Positions 40,054 to 50,860 are shown, numbered from the stretch's first letter. The stretch is 64,000 nt of DNA from an uncultured delta proteobacterium (GCA_963727485.1 CAVSGM010000011.1:96001-160000); one strand, 5' to 3'. Notes: generated by a model from the letters alone, not told the origin. Made by a program: numbers and translations.

Positions 40054-41091
40054 ATGACAGCACGCAAGGTCAGGCTGGGTCCCGGCGGCAAGGTCCTCAT
40101 GGTCCTCCTCGGGGTGGGCGTCATCCTCTGGGGCCTCGACGCGTACGGGTACCTCGACGGGGTCCGCAAGGCCCTCGGGTGGGAGCGGGGCCAGGCGGCG
40201 ACCGTGGTCCGCCGGGCGGTGACGCGCCCGGCCGCCCGGCCCCCCGAGGCCACCGCCCCCGCCTCCGACCCCGGTGCGACCCGTGCCGCCCCGCGCGCCG
40301 CCGCGACCGCCCCCGCCGCCGCGTCGCCCCCCGCCGACGACGCCTCGGCCCCGCTCCCGGCGCTCCCCGGGGCCACCCCCGCCGCCCTGAAGGACGGGGG
40401 CGACGCCCTCTGGGCGTCCACCGGCGGTCCGGCGCCCCAGTCCGAGCTCACCGCCCTGGTCCAGGGGCGCCTCGACCTGGCGCCCGTGGCCCTCCCGGAC
40501 CTGCTGCTCTTCGAGGACGCCGACAAGCTGGTCGTCGTCGGCGCGGTGCCGCCCCGGTCGCGGTACCTCTGCGCCGAGGCCGCCGACCCGGTGCAGGCGG
40601 TCCTCGGCGGCGCCTCCATCCACTTCGACCGGATCTCCGACGAGCTCCGGCTCGGCCTCCTCTTCGCCGCCCACGGGAAGGATCCCGCCGAGGCGGTCTC
40701 GGGCCAGGGGACGCCAGCGTTCACCAGCGCCACCCGGTCCCAGGGGGACGGCGACCACTGCGCGGACCTGGCGGCCCTCGGCGTCGACGGGCCCCGGGTG
40801 GTGGTGGCCCGGGCCACCGCGGTCCGCCTCCAGGGGCGCGCCTACCTCGCCGCGGTGAAGGCCCGGGGCGCCCTGACCCCGGCGGTGCGGGCCTGGCTCG
40901 GCGCCGACGCCCGCGACCCCTACGGCTACGCCCACCGGGCGGCGGCCCTCGCCCGGATCCACGCGACCCTCCAGTCCACGGTGGCGCCGGCGGTGCCGGC
41001 GGTGGCCCGGGACCTCCTCGCCGCCGACGCCCGGGGGGTGCTCCGGCTCTTCGCGCCCGCGAAGGCCGCGGCCCCGGGAGGCGCGCCGTGA
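40054..41091 (+). CDS. Membrane-anchored hypothetical protein
   Basis: Single N-terminal TM, Pro/Ala linker; GTGA overlap with next gene. Confidence 0.65.
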   Translation: MTARKVRLGPGGKVLMVLLGVGVILWGLDAYGYLDGVRKALGWERGQAATVVRRAVTRPAARPPEATAPASDPGATRAAPRAAATAPAAASPPADDASAPLPALPGATPAALKDGGDALWASTGGPAPQSELTALVQGRLDLAPVALPDLLLFEDADKLVVVGAVPPRSRYLCAEAADPVQAVLGGASIHFDRISDELRLGLLFAAHGKDPAEAVSGQGTPAFTSATRSQGDGDHCADLAALGVDGPRVVVARATAVRLQGRAYLAAVKARGALTPAVRAWLGADARDPYGYAHRAAALARIHATLQSTVAPAVPAVARDLLAADARGVLRLFAPAKAAAPGGAP

Positions 41092-41993
41092 GCGAGGAGC
41101 AGCCCACCGGCGACCGCCGGGACGAGGCCCTGGTCCCCGTGGAACAGGGCGGCGGCGCCCTGGCCCCACGGGAGAACGGCGGCCCCCCCGCCCGGCGCGC
41201 CCGGGTGAACTACACCAAGGAGGCGTTCCTCTCCCGGTTCAACCTGGCGCTGGTCGCCGGGGCCGTGGGCCTCTCGCTGGTGACCCTCTCGCCGCTCCCG
41301 CTGATCCTCGCCGCCGGGGGCGAGCTGGTCTACCTGGGCACCATCCCGGGGATGCGCCGCTACCAGCGCCTGGTCGACTCGCGCTTCCACGCCCTGCGCC
41401 GCCTCGAGGGCCGGCGCGCCGAGGCGCAGATCTATCGGCGCCTCTCGCCGAACCAGCAGACCACCGTCGACGCCCTCCGGGGCCTCCGGGACAAGGTCCA
41501 CGAGAACTACCAGCGCCTCGGGGGCGGGCGCGTGGTGACCGACGCCTCGCTGGGCAAGCTCGACCAGCTCCTGGTGAGCTTCGTCCGCCTCCTCGACCAG
41601 CTCAACGCCTACCGTCGCTACCTCGGCGCCACCGACCAGGGGCGCATCCAGCGCGAGCTGGCCACCTTGGAGACCGAGCTCTCCGTGGAGAAGCGCGAGC
41701 GCCTCGCCGACATCAAGCGCCGGCGCCTCGACATCCTCCACCGGCGCCTCGATCGCTTCGAGCGCGGAGAGGAGAACCGCGAGATCATCGCCCACCAGCT
41801 CGCGGCCATCGAGGACCTGATGCGGCTGATCCACGAGCAGTCCCTGACCCTGCGCGACCCCCAGGACATCTCCCGGCAGCTCGAGGCCCTGACCTCCGAG
41901 GTCGAGGAGACCGAGGGGACGGTGCGCGAGATGGAGAGCTTCCTCCAGCTCCAGGACGAGCTGGAGCGGACCCTGGCCGGCGAGAGCCCGTGA
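41088..41993 (+). CDS. Membrane protein with C-terminal coiled coil
   Basis: TM hairpin followed by charged heptad-rich helices; GGAGG RBS; 3' part of the 40179..41993 ORF. Confidence 0.75.
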   Translation: MSEEQPTGDRRDEALVPVEQGGGALAPRENGGPPARRARVNYTKEAFLSRFNLALVAGAVGLSLVTLSPLPLILAAGGELVYLGTIPGMRRYQRLVDSRFHALRRLEGRRAEAQIYRRLSPNQQTTVDALRGLRDKVHENYQRLGGGRVVTDASLGKLDQLLVSFVRLLDQLNAYRRYLGATDQGRIQRELATLETELSVEKRERLADIKRRRLDILHRRLDRFERGEENREIIAHQLAAIEDLMRLIHEQSLTLRDPQDISRQLEALTSEVEETEGTVREMESFLQLQDELERTLAGESP

Positions 41994-42004
41994 GCGGGGG
42001 GGCG

Positions 42005-43618
42005 ATGAAGAAGATCCTGGGCGGGGTGGTGGCGGCGGCGGTGGTGGCCGCGGTGGCGGTGGCGGTGCTCCGGCACGGCGCCTCGACCCCGGTGCTGGAG
42101 GGGGTCCCGGCGGACGCGACCTCGGTGGTGTGGGTCCCGGACCTCGGGCGCCTGACCACCCAGGCGCAGGTGGCGGCGAAGGCCCTGGACCTGGAGGCCC
42201 AGCTCGAGGGGCCCCTGCGCAGCCTCTCGGCCCAGCTCGGCTTCGACCTCACCGATCCCCAGGCGGTGGCGGGCGCCGGCCTCGCCCCCCACGGCGGGGT
42301 GGCGGTCTGCACCCTCCCCGGGTCGGCCGCGCCGGTGGTGGCCCTGGAGGCGAGCGCCCCGGGCCGCCTCGACGCCACCGTGCGCCGGGTGCTTCGCCAG
42401 CGGTGGGCCCGGACGGTCGCCACCTCGACCCAGGGCGGGGTGAAGGTGACCGTGGCCACCGGGCCCCTCCACACCGCGGCCTGGGCCTTCCGGGACCGGG
42501 TGCTGGTCATCTCCGAGGGCGACGGCGCCGCGGACCGGGTGGCGGCGGTGGTGAAGACCCTCCACGGCCTCGCCGACGATCCGGCCTTCCGCGCCGCCCG
42601 GGGCCACCTCCAGGACGCGGCCCTGGTGAGCTACGCGACCCACGGCCTGGCCAAGGCCCTGGGCGCCCGGGTCCCCGGGCTCAAGACCACGGGCCTGGGG
42701 ATCTCCTTCTCGAAGCAGGGCGCCACGGTGCGCGGCTACGCCAGCCTCGACGCCGCCGGTCGCCGGGCCCTGGCGCCGCTGGCCCCCTCCGGGGACGCCG
42801 GCGCCCTCCTCGACCGGGTGGACCCCGGCGCCATCGTGGTCCTGCGTCTGTCCGGCGACCCGGTCGCCGCCTGGAAGCAGCTCCCGGCCGGGCAGCTCCC
42901 GCCGCGCCTCGCCCGGCTGAAGCGGGCCCTGGGCGCCGCCCACCTCGATCCCGCCACCGACCTGCTCCCGCTCCTCGGCCACGACGCGGTCCTCGGGGTG
43001 CGCCTGGCCCCGGCGCCGGACCTCTCCAGCGGCATCCCCAGCCTCGACCCCCGGCGCACCAACCCCTTCCACTACCTCACGGCCACCGCCCAGGTGCCCC
43101 TCACCGATCCCGCGAAGGCGGCGAAGGTCCTGCCCCAGGTGGCCCGCGCCCTGGGGCCGGCGCTCGGAGCCGCCGTGACCCGCGCCCAGGTCGACGGCAT
43201 CGACGCCTTCACCGTCCGCTACCAGCTCGGGGAGGGGATGACCTTCGGGGTCGTGGGCCACACCCTTGTCGCCGCCGGGGGCGCCCACGCCTTCCGGGAC
43301 GCGGTGGCGCGGATCCAGAGCGCCGCCGGGGGCTACCCCAAGGCCGTGGGCGATCCCCGGGCGGTGCGCCGCCTCGCCCGGCGCGGCTCCGCCTCGGGCC
43401 TCCTCGACGTGGACACCCTCCTCGCGGCGGTGCGGGGCCTGCCGGCGTCGTCGCTCGGCGGGGGCACCTTCGGGGTCATCGCCCGGGCGGCCCTCGACCG
43501 GATCACCGCGCCCCTCGAGGGCCTGCGCCTGGTCTCGGCCGACCTCGCCCCGGCGGCCGGCGGGGTCGCCTTCCACGCCCGGGTGACCTTCCACGCCCAG
43601 GGGGCCGGCGCCGGATGA
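42005..43618 (+). CDS. Membrane-anchored exported protein (DUF3352-like by architecture)
   Basis: N-terminal TM; LADDPAFRAA and DLLPLLG segments; family assignment tentative. Confidence 0.6.
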   Translation: MKKILGGVVAAAVVAAVAVAVLRHGASTPVLEGVPADATSVVWVPDLGRLTTQAQVAAKALDLEAQLEGPLRSLSAQLGFDLTDPQAVAGAGLAPHGGVAVCTLPGSAAPVVALEASAPGRLDATVRRVLRQRWARTVATSTQGGVKVTVATGPLHTAAWAFRDRVLVISEGDGAADRVAAVVKTLHGLADDPAFRAARGHLQDAALVSYATHGLAKALGARVPGLKTTGLGISFSKQGATVRGYASLDAAGRRALAPLAPSGDAGALLDRVDPGAIVVLRLSGDPVAAWKQLPAGQLPPRLARLKRALGAAHLDPATDLLPLLGHDAVLGVRLAPAPDLSSGIPSLDPRRTNPFHYLTATAQVPLTDPAKAAKVLPQVARALGPALGAAVTRAQVDGIDAFTVRYQLGEGMTFGVVGHTLVAAGGAHAFRDAVARIQSAAGGYPKAVGDPRAVRRLARRGSASGLLDVDTLLAAVRGLPASSLGGGTFGVIARAALDRITAPLEGLRLVSADLAPAAGGVAFHARVTFHAQGAGAG

Positions 43619-44307
43619 TCCGCCTCACCGGGGTGCGCAAGGCCTACGCCGACGGGGCGGCGACGGTGCCCGTCCTCGACGGGGTGGACCTCGAGGTCGG
43701 CGCGGGGGAGCTCCTCGCCATCCTCGGCCACAGCGGCTCCGGGAAGAGCACGCTGCTCAACCTCCTCGGGGGCCTCGACGCCGACTACCAGGGCGACATC
43801 GTCGTCGACGGGGTGCGCCTCTCGGGTCTCGACGACCGGGCCCTCTCCGCCTACCGGGCGTCGACGGTGGCCTTCGTGTTCCAGGCCTTCAACCTCCTGG
43901 CGCCGCTCACCGCCCTCCAGAACGTGCTCCTCCCCACCTGGTTCGCCCCCGGCGACGCCCCGCCCGAGGACCTCGAGGCCCGGGCCCGCGCCGCCCTCGA
44001 CCGGGTGGGCCTCGAGACGAAGGCGGGGCGGCGCCCGGATCACCTCTCCGGCGGCGAGCGCCAGCGGGTGGCCCTGGCCCGGGCGCTGATGATGCGGCCC
44101 CGGGTGCTCCTCTGCGACGAGCCCACCGGGAACCTCGACCGGGAGACCGGCGCCGGGATCATCGCGCTGTTCCGGGCGCTCGCCGACGAGGGGATCACGG
44201 TGGTCGTGGTCACCCACGAGGCCCGGGTCTCCGAGCGCGCCGATTGGGTGCTGCGCCTCGAGGACGGGCACCTGGTCGCCGGGGCCGGCGGGGAGGGTGC
44301 CCGGTGA
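43615..44307 (+). CDS. LolD/MacB-type ABC ATPase
   Basis: GHSGSGKS, FVFQAFNLL, LSGGERQRVALARAL, DEPTGNLD, VTH. Confidence 0.92.
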   Translation: MIRLTGVRKAYADGAATVPVLDGVDLEVGAGELLAILGHSGSGKSTLLNLLGGLDADYQGDIVVDGVRLSGLDDRALSAYRASTVAFVFQAFNLLAPLTALQNVLLPTWFAPGDAPPEDLEARARAALDRVGLETKAGRRPDHLSGGERQRVALARALMMRPRVLLCDEPTGNLDRETGAGIIALFRALADEGITVVVVTHEARVSERADWVLRLEDGHLVAGAGGEGAR

Positions 44308-45594
44308 AGGCCGCGCGCCTGTGGCAGGCGACCCGCCTCAACCTCCGCCGGGACCGCCGGGGCTTCGTCCTCTCCGCCGGGGGGGTCGCGGTGGGGGTCG
44401 CCGCCTTCGTGTTCTTCGTGGCGCTGGGCCGTGGGGTGGGGCGGGTGGTGCGCGAGCGGATCTTCCCGGTGGACGCCCGGCTGGTGCGGGTGGTGCCACC
44501 GACGCTGTCGCTGGGGCGCTTCCTCGGCGGCGGGGTCCTCGACGACGGCGTGGTCGATTCGGCTCCAGGCGCTCCCCGGCGTTCGCCACGCCTGGCGGGA
44601 GCTGGCCCTGAAGGTGCCGGCGGTGAGCCGCTACGACGGCCGGTTCTTCGGCCGACCGTTGCGCCTGGGCCTGGAGATCGTCGGCGTCGGCGTCGACCCG
44701 GGCTACGTCGCAGGCGAGCTCGGCCGGGGCCGGCGCTTCGCCGATCCCGGGGACACGGGCCCGGTGCCGGTGGTGGTGGCCCGTCGCCTCCTCGACCTCT
44801 ACGACGAGAGCTTCGCCGCCGCCCGGGGCCTCCCGAGGATCACCCCCAAGATGATCGAGGGCTTCCGCTTCCCCCTCACCCTCGGCGAGAGCTACGTGAC
44901 CACCGCCGGCGTCCACGGCGCCCCGCGCACGGTGGACCTCGAGGTCGCCGGCGTCGGCGACCGGGCGATCCTCGGGGGCGTGACCCTGCCGCTTGCCACC
45001 GTGCGTCGGTGGAACGCCGCCTATGGGGTGAAGGCCAGAGGCTACCAGGCGGTGATCCTCGAGGCGGCAGACCCCGGCGCCGTCCCCGGCGTCATGGCGG
45101 CGGTGCGGCGGATGGGCTTCGAGGTGGACACCCGGGACCGGCGCCTGGCCAGCCAGGCGGGCGCGGTGGTCACCGTGACCACCGTGAGCCTCTCGCTCCT
45201 CTCGGTGCTCATCCTCGCCCTGGCGGCGGTGAACATCGCCCGGGCCGCCTTCGCCCAGGTGGCGGCCCGGACCCGGGAGCTGGGGCTGATGCGGGCGCTG
45301 GGGGCGCGGCGCGGGGACGTGCGCGCCATGGTCCTCGCCGAGGCGGCGGTGGCGGGCCTCGCCGGGGGCGTGCTGGGGGTGGTCCTGGGCGTCTCCGCCG
45401 GGCACCTCGCCGATCTCGCCGCGGCCCGGTGGCTCCCGCCGTTTCCCTTCAAGCCCGGGAGCTTCTTCGCCTACGGTGGGTGGCTGGTGCCCGCGGCCCT
45501 GGGGGCGGCGATCCTCGCCTCGATCCTCGGGGCGGTGGTGCCCGCGGCGCGGGCGGCGCGCCTGGATCCGGCGCGGGCGATCTCGGGAGGGTGA
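44304..45594 (+). CDS. FtsX/MacB-family ABC permease (apparent frameshift at ~44558)
   Basis: N-terminal TM; RTRELGLMRALGA..DVRAM.LAEA; PAARAARLDPARAI. Confidence 0.85.
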
Positions 45595-46397
45595 CGGTGG
45601 GTGAGCCAGGGAATGGGGGCGCGGTCGGGCGCGGCGACGCGACCGGGCAGGAGGCCGGGCGCCCGGGCATCCTCGGCGAGCGGGCGGCCCGGTGGGAGGC
45701 GCTCCCGGTGCTCCTCCTCGGCGCGGTCGTGGGCTACCTCGCCGTCAGCCGCCTCGCGCTGCGCGCCGGCGCCCTGTCCGCCCCCGCCTCGGCGCTCCTC
45801 CACCTGCCCCCGGCGGGGTTCTGGATCCCGGTGGCGGCGGTGACCGCGCCGGTGGGCCTGGTGGCCCTCTGGTGCGCCCTGCGCCGGGGCTCCGCGGTGC
45901 CGGTGCGCCTCTTCTACCTCCTCGCCGCCGGCGTCCTGTTCACCCAGGTCTTCCTCCTCCCGGCGGTGCGCCTCCCGCCGACGGTCACCGCCGACTTCAC
46001 CATGACCTCGAGCCTCCAGGTGGTGGCGACGCGCCTGGCCACCCTGAGCCAGGGCGGGGCGCTCCCGGTGGACCCGGCGGTGGCCCGGCGGGCGGTGGAG
46101 GGGCTGCCCCCGCCGCCCTACCGCCGGGCCGGGGCGCCCCTCGGCCGCTGGCACCTGGTGGTGCGCGCCGGCTGCTCGGGCCCGGCGACGCGCCCGGGGA
46201 CCCTGGCGGTGGGCACCGTGGTCTACTGCGTGGCGCCGGATCGCCACGCCGGATGGCTCACCCTGGTCGGCACCGGCGGGCGCGCCCTGGGGCCCCCGGC
46301 GATGGGCCGGGACGGCCAGGGGCACCTGGTGGTGGTGCCGGTGCGTCCGAGCGACGTCCGGGACACCCTCCCGGCCCGGATCGACCGCCCCCGGTGA
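45591..46397 (+). CDS. Hypothetical membrane protein
   Basis: Three TM segments then a small Cys-pair domain; GTGA overlap with the permease stop. Confidence 0.6.
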   Translation: MTVGEPGNGGAVGRGDATGQEAGRPGILGERAARWEALPVLLLGAVVGYLAVSRLALRAGALSAPASALLHLPPAGFWIPVAAVTAPVGLVALWCALRRGSAVPVRLFYLLAAGVLFTQVFLLPAVRLPPTVTADFTMTSSLQVVATRLATLSQGGALPVDPAVARRAVEGLPPPPYRRAGAPLGRWHLVVRAGCSGPATRPGTLAVGTVVYCVAPDRHAGWLTLVGTGGRALGPPAMGRDGQGHLVVVPVRPSDVRDTLPARIDRPR

Positions 46398-46640
46398 CCC
46401 CCGAGAGGCCCGCCGTCGGGGCCGGCCGGTGGGGTGGGGCTCGTGTTGACGCCCGCTTCGGGGTCGGGGTACGGTCGATGGGTCACGGGTACCTGATTTC
46501 CTTCGGGAATTCCCCGGACACCGATCCCGCCCACAACCCATGAGGAGCACCACGATCCACCCGCGCGGGCCTGCCGCGTCTCCCCGGTGTCGGGGACGGC
46601 CAGGGACGGATCGAACCGGGGCTCCGGCAAGGTCGACGCC

Positions 46641-49184
46641 GTGAAGAGCGCGGTGCCATTCGGGAAGTACCTCCTCATCGACCGGGTGAACGTCGGCGGG
46701 ATGGCCGAGGTCTACAAGGCCAAGACCCGGGGTGTGGAAGGCTTCGAGAAGCTCGTCGCCATCAAGCGCATCCTCCCGAACATCGCGGAGGACGACGAGT
46801 TCATCACGATGTTCATCGACGAGGCGAAGATCAGCGTCCAGCTGACCCACGCCAACATCGCGCAGATCTACGACCTGGGGAAGATCGGCGACTCGTACTT
46901 CATCGCCATGGAGTACGTCCCCGGCAAGGACCTGCGGGCCATCTTCGACCGGATGCGCAAGCGTGGCGAGACCCTCCCGATCCCGCTGACCTGCTACGCC
47001 ATCAGCCGGGTCTGCGAGGGCCTCGACTACGCCCACCGGAAGAAGGACGCGGTGGGCCGCGACCTCAACATCGTCCACCGCGACATCTCGCCCCAGAACG
47101 TGCTGACCAGCTTCGAGGGCGAGGTGAAGCTCATCGACTTCGGCATCGCCAAGGCGGCGAACAAGGCGTCGAAGACCCAGGCGGGGATCCTCAAGGGCAA
47201 GTTCGGCTACATGAGCCCCGAGCAGGTGCGCGGCCTCCCGCTGGACCGGCGCAGCGACATCTTCGCCGTGGGCGTGGTGCTCTACGAGCTGCTCACCGGC
47301 GAGCGCCTCTTCCTCGGGGAGAGCGACTTCTCCACCCTGGAGAAGGTCCGCAACGTCGACGTGGTTCCGCCGTCGACCTACAACCGGCGCATCCCCGACG
47401 AGCTCGAGCGCATCGTGATGAAGGCGCTCACCAAGGACGTCGATCAGCGCTACCAGTGGTGCAGCGAGCTGGAGAACGACCTCCAGCGCTTCCTCATCAC
47501 CTCCGACACCATCTTCTCCCGCAAGGACCTGGCGACCTTCATGAAGGCCGCGTTCGCCGAGGACCTGGAGCGGGAGAAGCTGAAGAACCAGGAGGCGATG
47601 GGGGTCGACGTCGCCGCCGCCGTCAGCGCCGCCCCGCCCGTCGAGGAGATCTCCTTCGACGTCGACGACGACGTCGACCCGGACAGCACCGAGGTGGGCC
47701 CGATGCCCACCTCGGACCCGTCGATCACCTCGCCGGGGCCCGGGCCCGGCACCCAGCCCGGCGTCGCCCCGCCCGCGGGTCGGACGCCGCCGCCGGCACC
47801 CCCGGCCGCCCCCCAGCCGCCGCCCGGCGCCACGCCCCTCACCCCGCCCCCGGCGGCCCGCACCCCGGCGCCGCCCGCGGCGGCCCCGGTGTCGCCGCCG
47901 GCCGCCGGGCCCGGCAGCCGCCTCCCCCCCATCGTCCGGGGCCCCGGTCCCGGCGCCGGCCCCCCGCGGATGGGCCCCGGCGCCGGTGCGGCGCCCCCGC
48001 GCCGCCCGCCGCTCCCACCGATCCCCCTCGAGGACGGCCCCACCGGCGTCGGTGCCCAGCCCCAGCGTGCCCGCGACCGCGACCGCGACCGCAATCGCGA
48101 CGACGACGACCGGCGCGCCGGGGGCGGCGGCGCCCGCAAGGCCCTCTACGCCGTCGGCGGGCTCCTGCTCCTCGCGGCCGTCGGTGGGGGCGCGTGGTAC
48201 CTGGGCCACGCGGGGCCCAACGGCGCCGCCCCCGGGGTGCTGATCATCCGCGGCAGCCCCACCGGCGCCAAGGTCAGCGTCGACGGGGCCGAGGTCGGCG
48301 ACGTCCCCTACATCGACTCCAAGATGACCGTGGGCGAGCACCAGGTGAAGGTCGTCGCCGCCGGGTACCGCCCCTACCAGAAGCAGGTGGCGGTCCTCCC
48401 CGGTCAGACCGCCACGGTGACCGCGACCCTCAAGGAGGCGTCCCACCCCAAGGCGAGCGTCCTGGTGGTCACCGTGCCCCTCGACACCGAGGTCCTCCTC
48501 GATGGGAAGGTGGTCAAGGACGGCGGCCAGTCCCCCTGGCAGTCCAAGAGCGTCGCCGCCGGGACCTCGCACACCATCGTGGTGCACAAGCCGGGCTTCC
48601 GCGACCGCACCTTCACCTGGACCCCGGAGGCCGGCTCGGACAAGACCTTCACCGCCCAGCTCGCCTCGGCGCAGGTGACGGTGGTCGTCGACTCCACCCC
48701 CAGCCACGCCGAGGTCTTCCTCGACGGCGACAAGAAGGGCGAGACGCCCCTGACCCTCAAGGACGTCGACGCCACCGAGAAGCACGCGCTCAAGATCACC
48801 CACGCCGGGTGCTACCAGGACTACACCAGCACCCTGCTCATCGAGGACGGGCTGAGCACCAAGACCGTCGACGCCACCCTCGACAAGAAGCCCGGGTGCG
48901 GTGAGCACCACGCGGAGGTGGTACGCCACCCGCACCCGCGCCACCACCCCCGGGCCGCGGCGGCGCCGGTGGGCAACGGCACCCTGCGCCTGAACACCAA
49001 GCCGGGCTGGGCCTCGGTGTGGGTCGACGGGAAGAACACCGGGCGGCAGACGCCCCTGCTCGGCTACCAGCTCCCCGCGGGGACCCATCGGGTCACCCTC
49101 AAGGCCCCCAACGGAAAGCGCAAGGAGCTGCAGGTCACCATCCGCCCGGACAAGGTCACGACCAAGATCGTGACCATGGACTAG
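46641..49184 (+). CDS. Hanks-type Ser/Thr kinase with TM and C-terminal PEGA domains
   Basis: GGMAEVY, VAIK, HRDISPQN, DFG, YMSPEQ; Pro-rich linker, TM, about 4 PEGA repeats. Confidence 0.95.
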   Translation: MKSAVPFGKYLLIDRVNVGGMAEVYKAKTRGVEGFEKLVAIKRILPNIAEDDEFITMFIDEAKISVQLTHANIAQIYDLGKIGDSYFIAMEYVPGKDLRAIFDRMRKRGETLPIPLTCYAISRVCEGLDYAHRKKDAVGRDLNIVHRDISPQNVLTSFEGEVKLIDFGIAKAANKASKTQAGILKGKFGYMSPEQVRGLPLDRRSDIFAVGVVLYELLTGERLFLGESDFSTLEKVRNVDVVPPSTYNRRIPDELERIVMKALTKDVDQRYQWCSELENDLQRFLITSDTIFSRKDLATFMKAAFAEDLEREKLKNQEAMGVDVAAAVSAAPPVEEISFDVDDDVDPDSTEVGPMPTSDPSITSPGPGPGTQPGVAPPAGRTPPPAPPAAPQPPPGATPLTPPPAARTPAPPAAAPVSPPAAGPGSRLPPIVRGPGPGAGPPRMGPGAGAAPPRRPPLPPIPLEDGPTGVGAQPQRARDRDRDRNRDDDDRRAGGGGARKALYAVGGLLLLAAVGGGAWYLGHAGPNGAAPGVLIIRGSPTGAKVSVDGAEVGDVPYIDSKMTVGEHQVKVVAAGYRPYQKQVAVLPGQTATVTATLKEASHPKASVLVVTVPLDTEVLLDGKVVKDGGQSPWQSKSVAAGTSHTIVVHKPGFRDRTFTWTPEAGSDKTFTAQLASAQVTVVVDSTPSHAEVFLDGDKKGETPLTLKDVDATEKHALKITHAGCYQDYTSTLLIEDGLSTKTVDATLDKKPGCGEHHAEVVRHPHPRHHPRAAAAPVGNGTLRLNTKPGWASVWVDGKNTGRQTPLLGYQLPAGTHRVTLKAPNGKRKELQVTIRPDKVTTKIVTMD

Positions 49185-49185
49185 C

Positions 49186-49603
49186 TGGGGAGTGCCGACA
49201 GGTTGTCCAGGCTGCCCGGATCGAGGCGGCTGATGATGCGCCCCAGCGTCTTCACGTCGAGGTGGAGGCGCTCGCCGGGCTCACTGCGCTCGTAGCGACG
49301 GGGTGGGATCTTCGGATCAAGAGCGCCGGCTCGGGCTGGCCGGTGCCGCCTCCCGAGCCGTGACACTGTGGAGCTGCCGAGCCGTAGCCGCCCAGCGATC
49401 GCCTTGCCGGACATCCGATGCTGCCGCCGGAGCTGCAGCGCCCGTTCACGCCGGTCCTGCGGGACCTGCCGCGGCATCCGACGGGGCCGCGAGGTACGGT
49501 CCAGCAGGCCCGACTGGCCTGGCTCCCCATACCGCCGCGGCCACTTGTAGGCGGTGCGCTCGCCGAGGCCCGCTGCGCCGGCAGCGTCGGCTGCGTCGCT
49601 GCC
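49186..49603 (-). mobile_element. IS481-family remnant, internally deleted
   Basis: RTAYKW..RY..G..GLLDRTSRP HTH and RRYER..PGE.LHLDVK.LGRI fused to C-terminal ISRL..DNL; IR-like TGGGGAGTGCCGACAGGTTGTCC next to CTAG. Confidence 0.85.
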
Positions 49604-50860
49604 CTACCAGCCCTCGGTGCCGTCCTCGTTGTCGAGGGGGTCGTCGCTCGACGACTTCTTGTGCGACTTGTCGGTGTCGTCGACGTCGAGGTCGCGCTTT
49701 TTCCCGTTGGCGCCCTTGTGGCCGAACCAGCCGCCGGTGCCGTTGTCCCGGTCGAGGGGGTCGCTGGAGGTCACCATGTGGTCGTGGTGGCTCCGGGCGT
49801 CCTGGAGCAGCTTGCCGATGAAGCCGTCGATGTTCGCCTGGAGGTTGAAGTCGCCGTCGGGGAAGTTGGTGCGCCGGGTGGCGAGGCGCTTCTGGCTGCC
49901 CATGCTCACGATCCAGGTGTCGAGGTTCACCTCGCCGTAGGTGTGGGAGACCACGCCGTACACGACCCAGTCGCAGCCCACGTACTGGCCGAGCTTGATC
50001 ATCGCGGTGCCCACCTTGCCCCGGGCGAACTCGCGTCCCACCTCCTGCACCACGATCTGCACCTTCTTGAAGTCGGGGGTGGGCTCGAGGCCGGCGTGGA
50101 TGGTGGCGTCCTCGGTGGGGGTGATGTTCACGACCTTGCCCCAGGGCTGGGTGCCCAGGCTCTCGAGGCGCATCACGTGGCGGCCGGTGGGGATCTTGTC
50201 GAGGCTCGTCGGGGTGAAGCCGACCTGCTTGTCGTCGAGGAAGATCCGGGCGCCGGAGGGCTTGCTGTAGACCGAGACCGAGCCCATGGACCCGCTCTTG
50301 ATGCCCTGGCGCACCTGGCCGACCACCTGCTTGAGCGAGGGGTCGAAGGTCTTGGTGTCGACCCGGTAGTCGGGCTGGTAGAGGAGCAGCTCCCGGTAGA
50401 CCGCCTTGCCGTCCTGGGTGTCGCCCTGGAGGATGTAGGTGGCGGCGAGGTAGGCGAGCGCCTTGGGGTACTCGGGGACGTCGTCGATCCACGCCGCCTG
50501 CTTGCGGAGGATCTTCAGCGCCTGCTGGAACGAGGTGACCGCCTGATCGAACTGCACCGCGGTGAAGTGCTGGATGCCCTCCTGGAGCGACGCCTGGGCC
50601 GCCTTCCGGGCCCGGTTGACCGCCGGCGGCTCCTTGACCCCGAAGACCTTGGTGAGGTCGATGACCCGGAGGTCATGGTCCTGGCGGAGGGTGTGCTCGA
50701 CCATCCCGCCGAGCTTGGTGGCCCAGGTGACCGAGTCGTCGTCGTTGGGGACCAGGAACACCTGGATCCGGGGGCCGGCGAGGGCCCGGGCGGCGGGGCC
50801 GCCGGCGACGAGGACGGCGAGGGCGAGGAGGGCGAAGGGACGGAAGCTTGGACCACGCAT
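49604..50860 (-). CDS. Secreted TPR-PEGA domain protein
   Basis: Signal peptide; TPR-like helices; SVYSKPSGARIFLDD..GFTP PEGA; acidic tail. Confidence 0.8.
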   Translation of the reverse strand: MRGPSFRPFALLALAVLVAGGPAARALAGPRIQVFLVPNDDDSVTWATKLGGMVEHTLRQDHDLRVIDLTKVFGVKEPPAVNRARKAAQASLQEGIQHFTAVQFDQAVTSFQQALKILRKQAAWIDDVPEYPKALAYLAATYILQGDTQDGKAVYRELLLYQPDYRVDTKTFDPSLKQVVGQVRQGIKSGSMGSVSVYSKPSGARIFLDDKQVGFTPTSLDKIPTGRHVMRLESLGTQPWGKVVNITPTEDATIHAGLEPTPDFKKVQIVVQEVGREFARGKVGTAMIKLGQYVGCDWVVYGVVSHTYGEVNLDTWIVSMGSQKRLATRRTNFPDGDFNLQANIDGFIGKLLQDARSHHDHMVTSSDPLDRDNGTGGWFGHKGANGKKRDLDVDDTDKSHKKSSSDDPLDNEDGTEGW

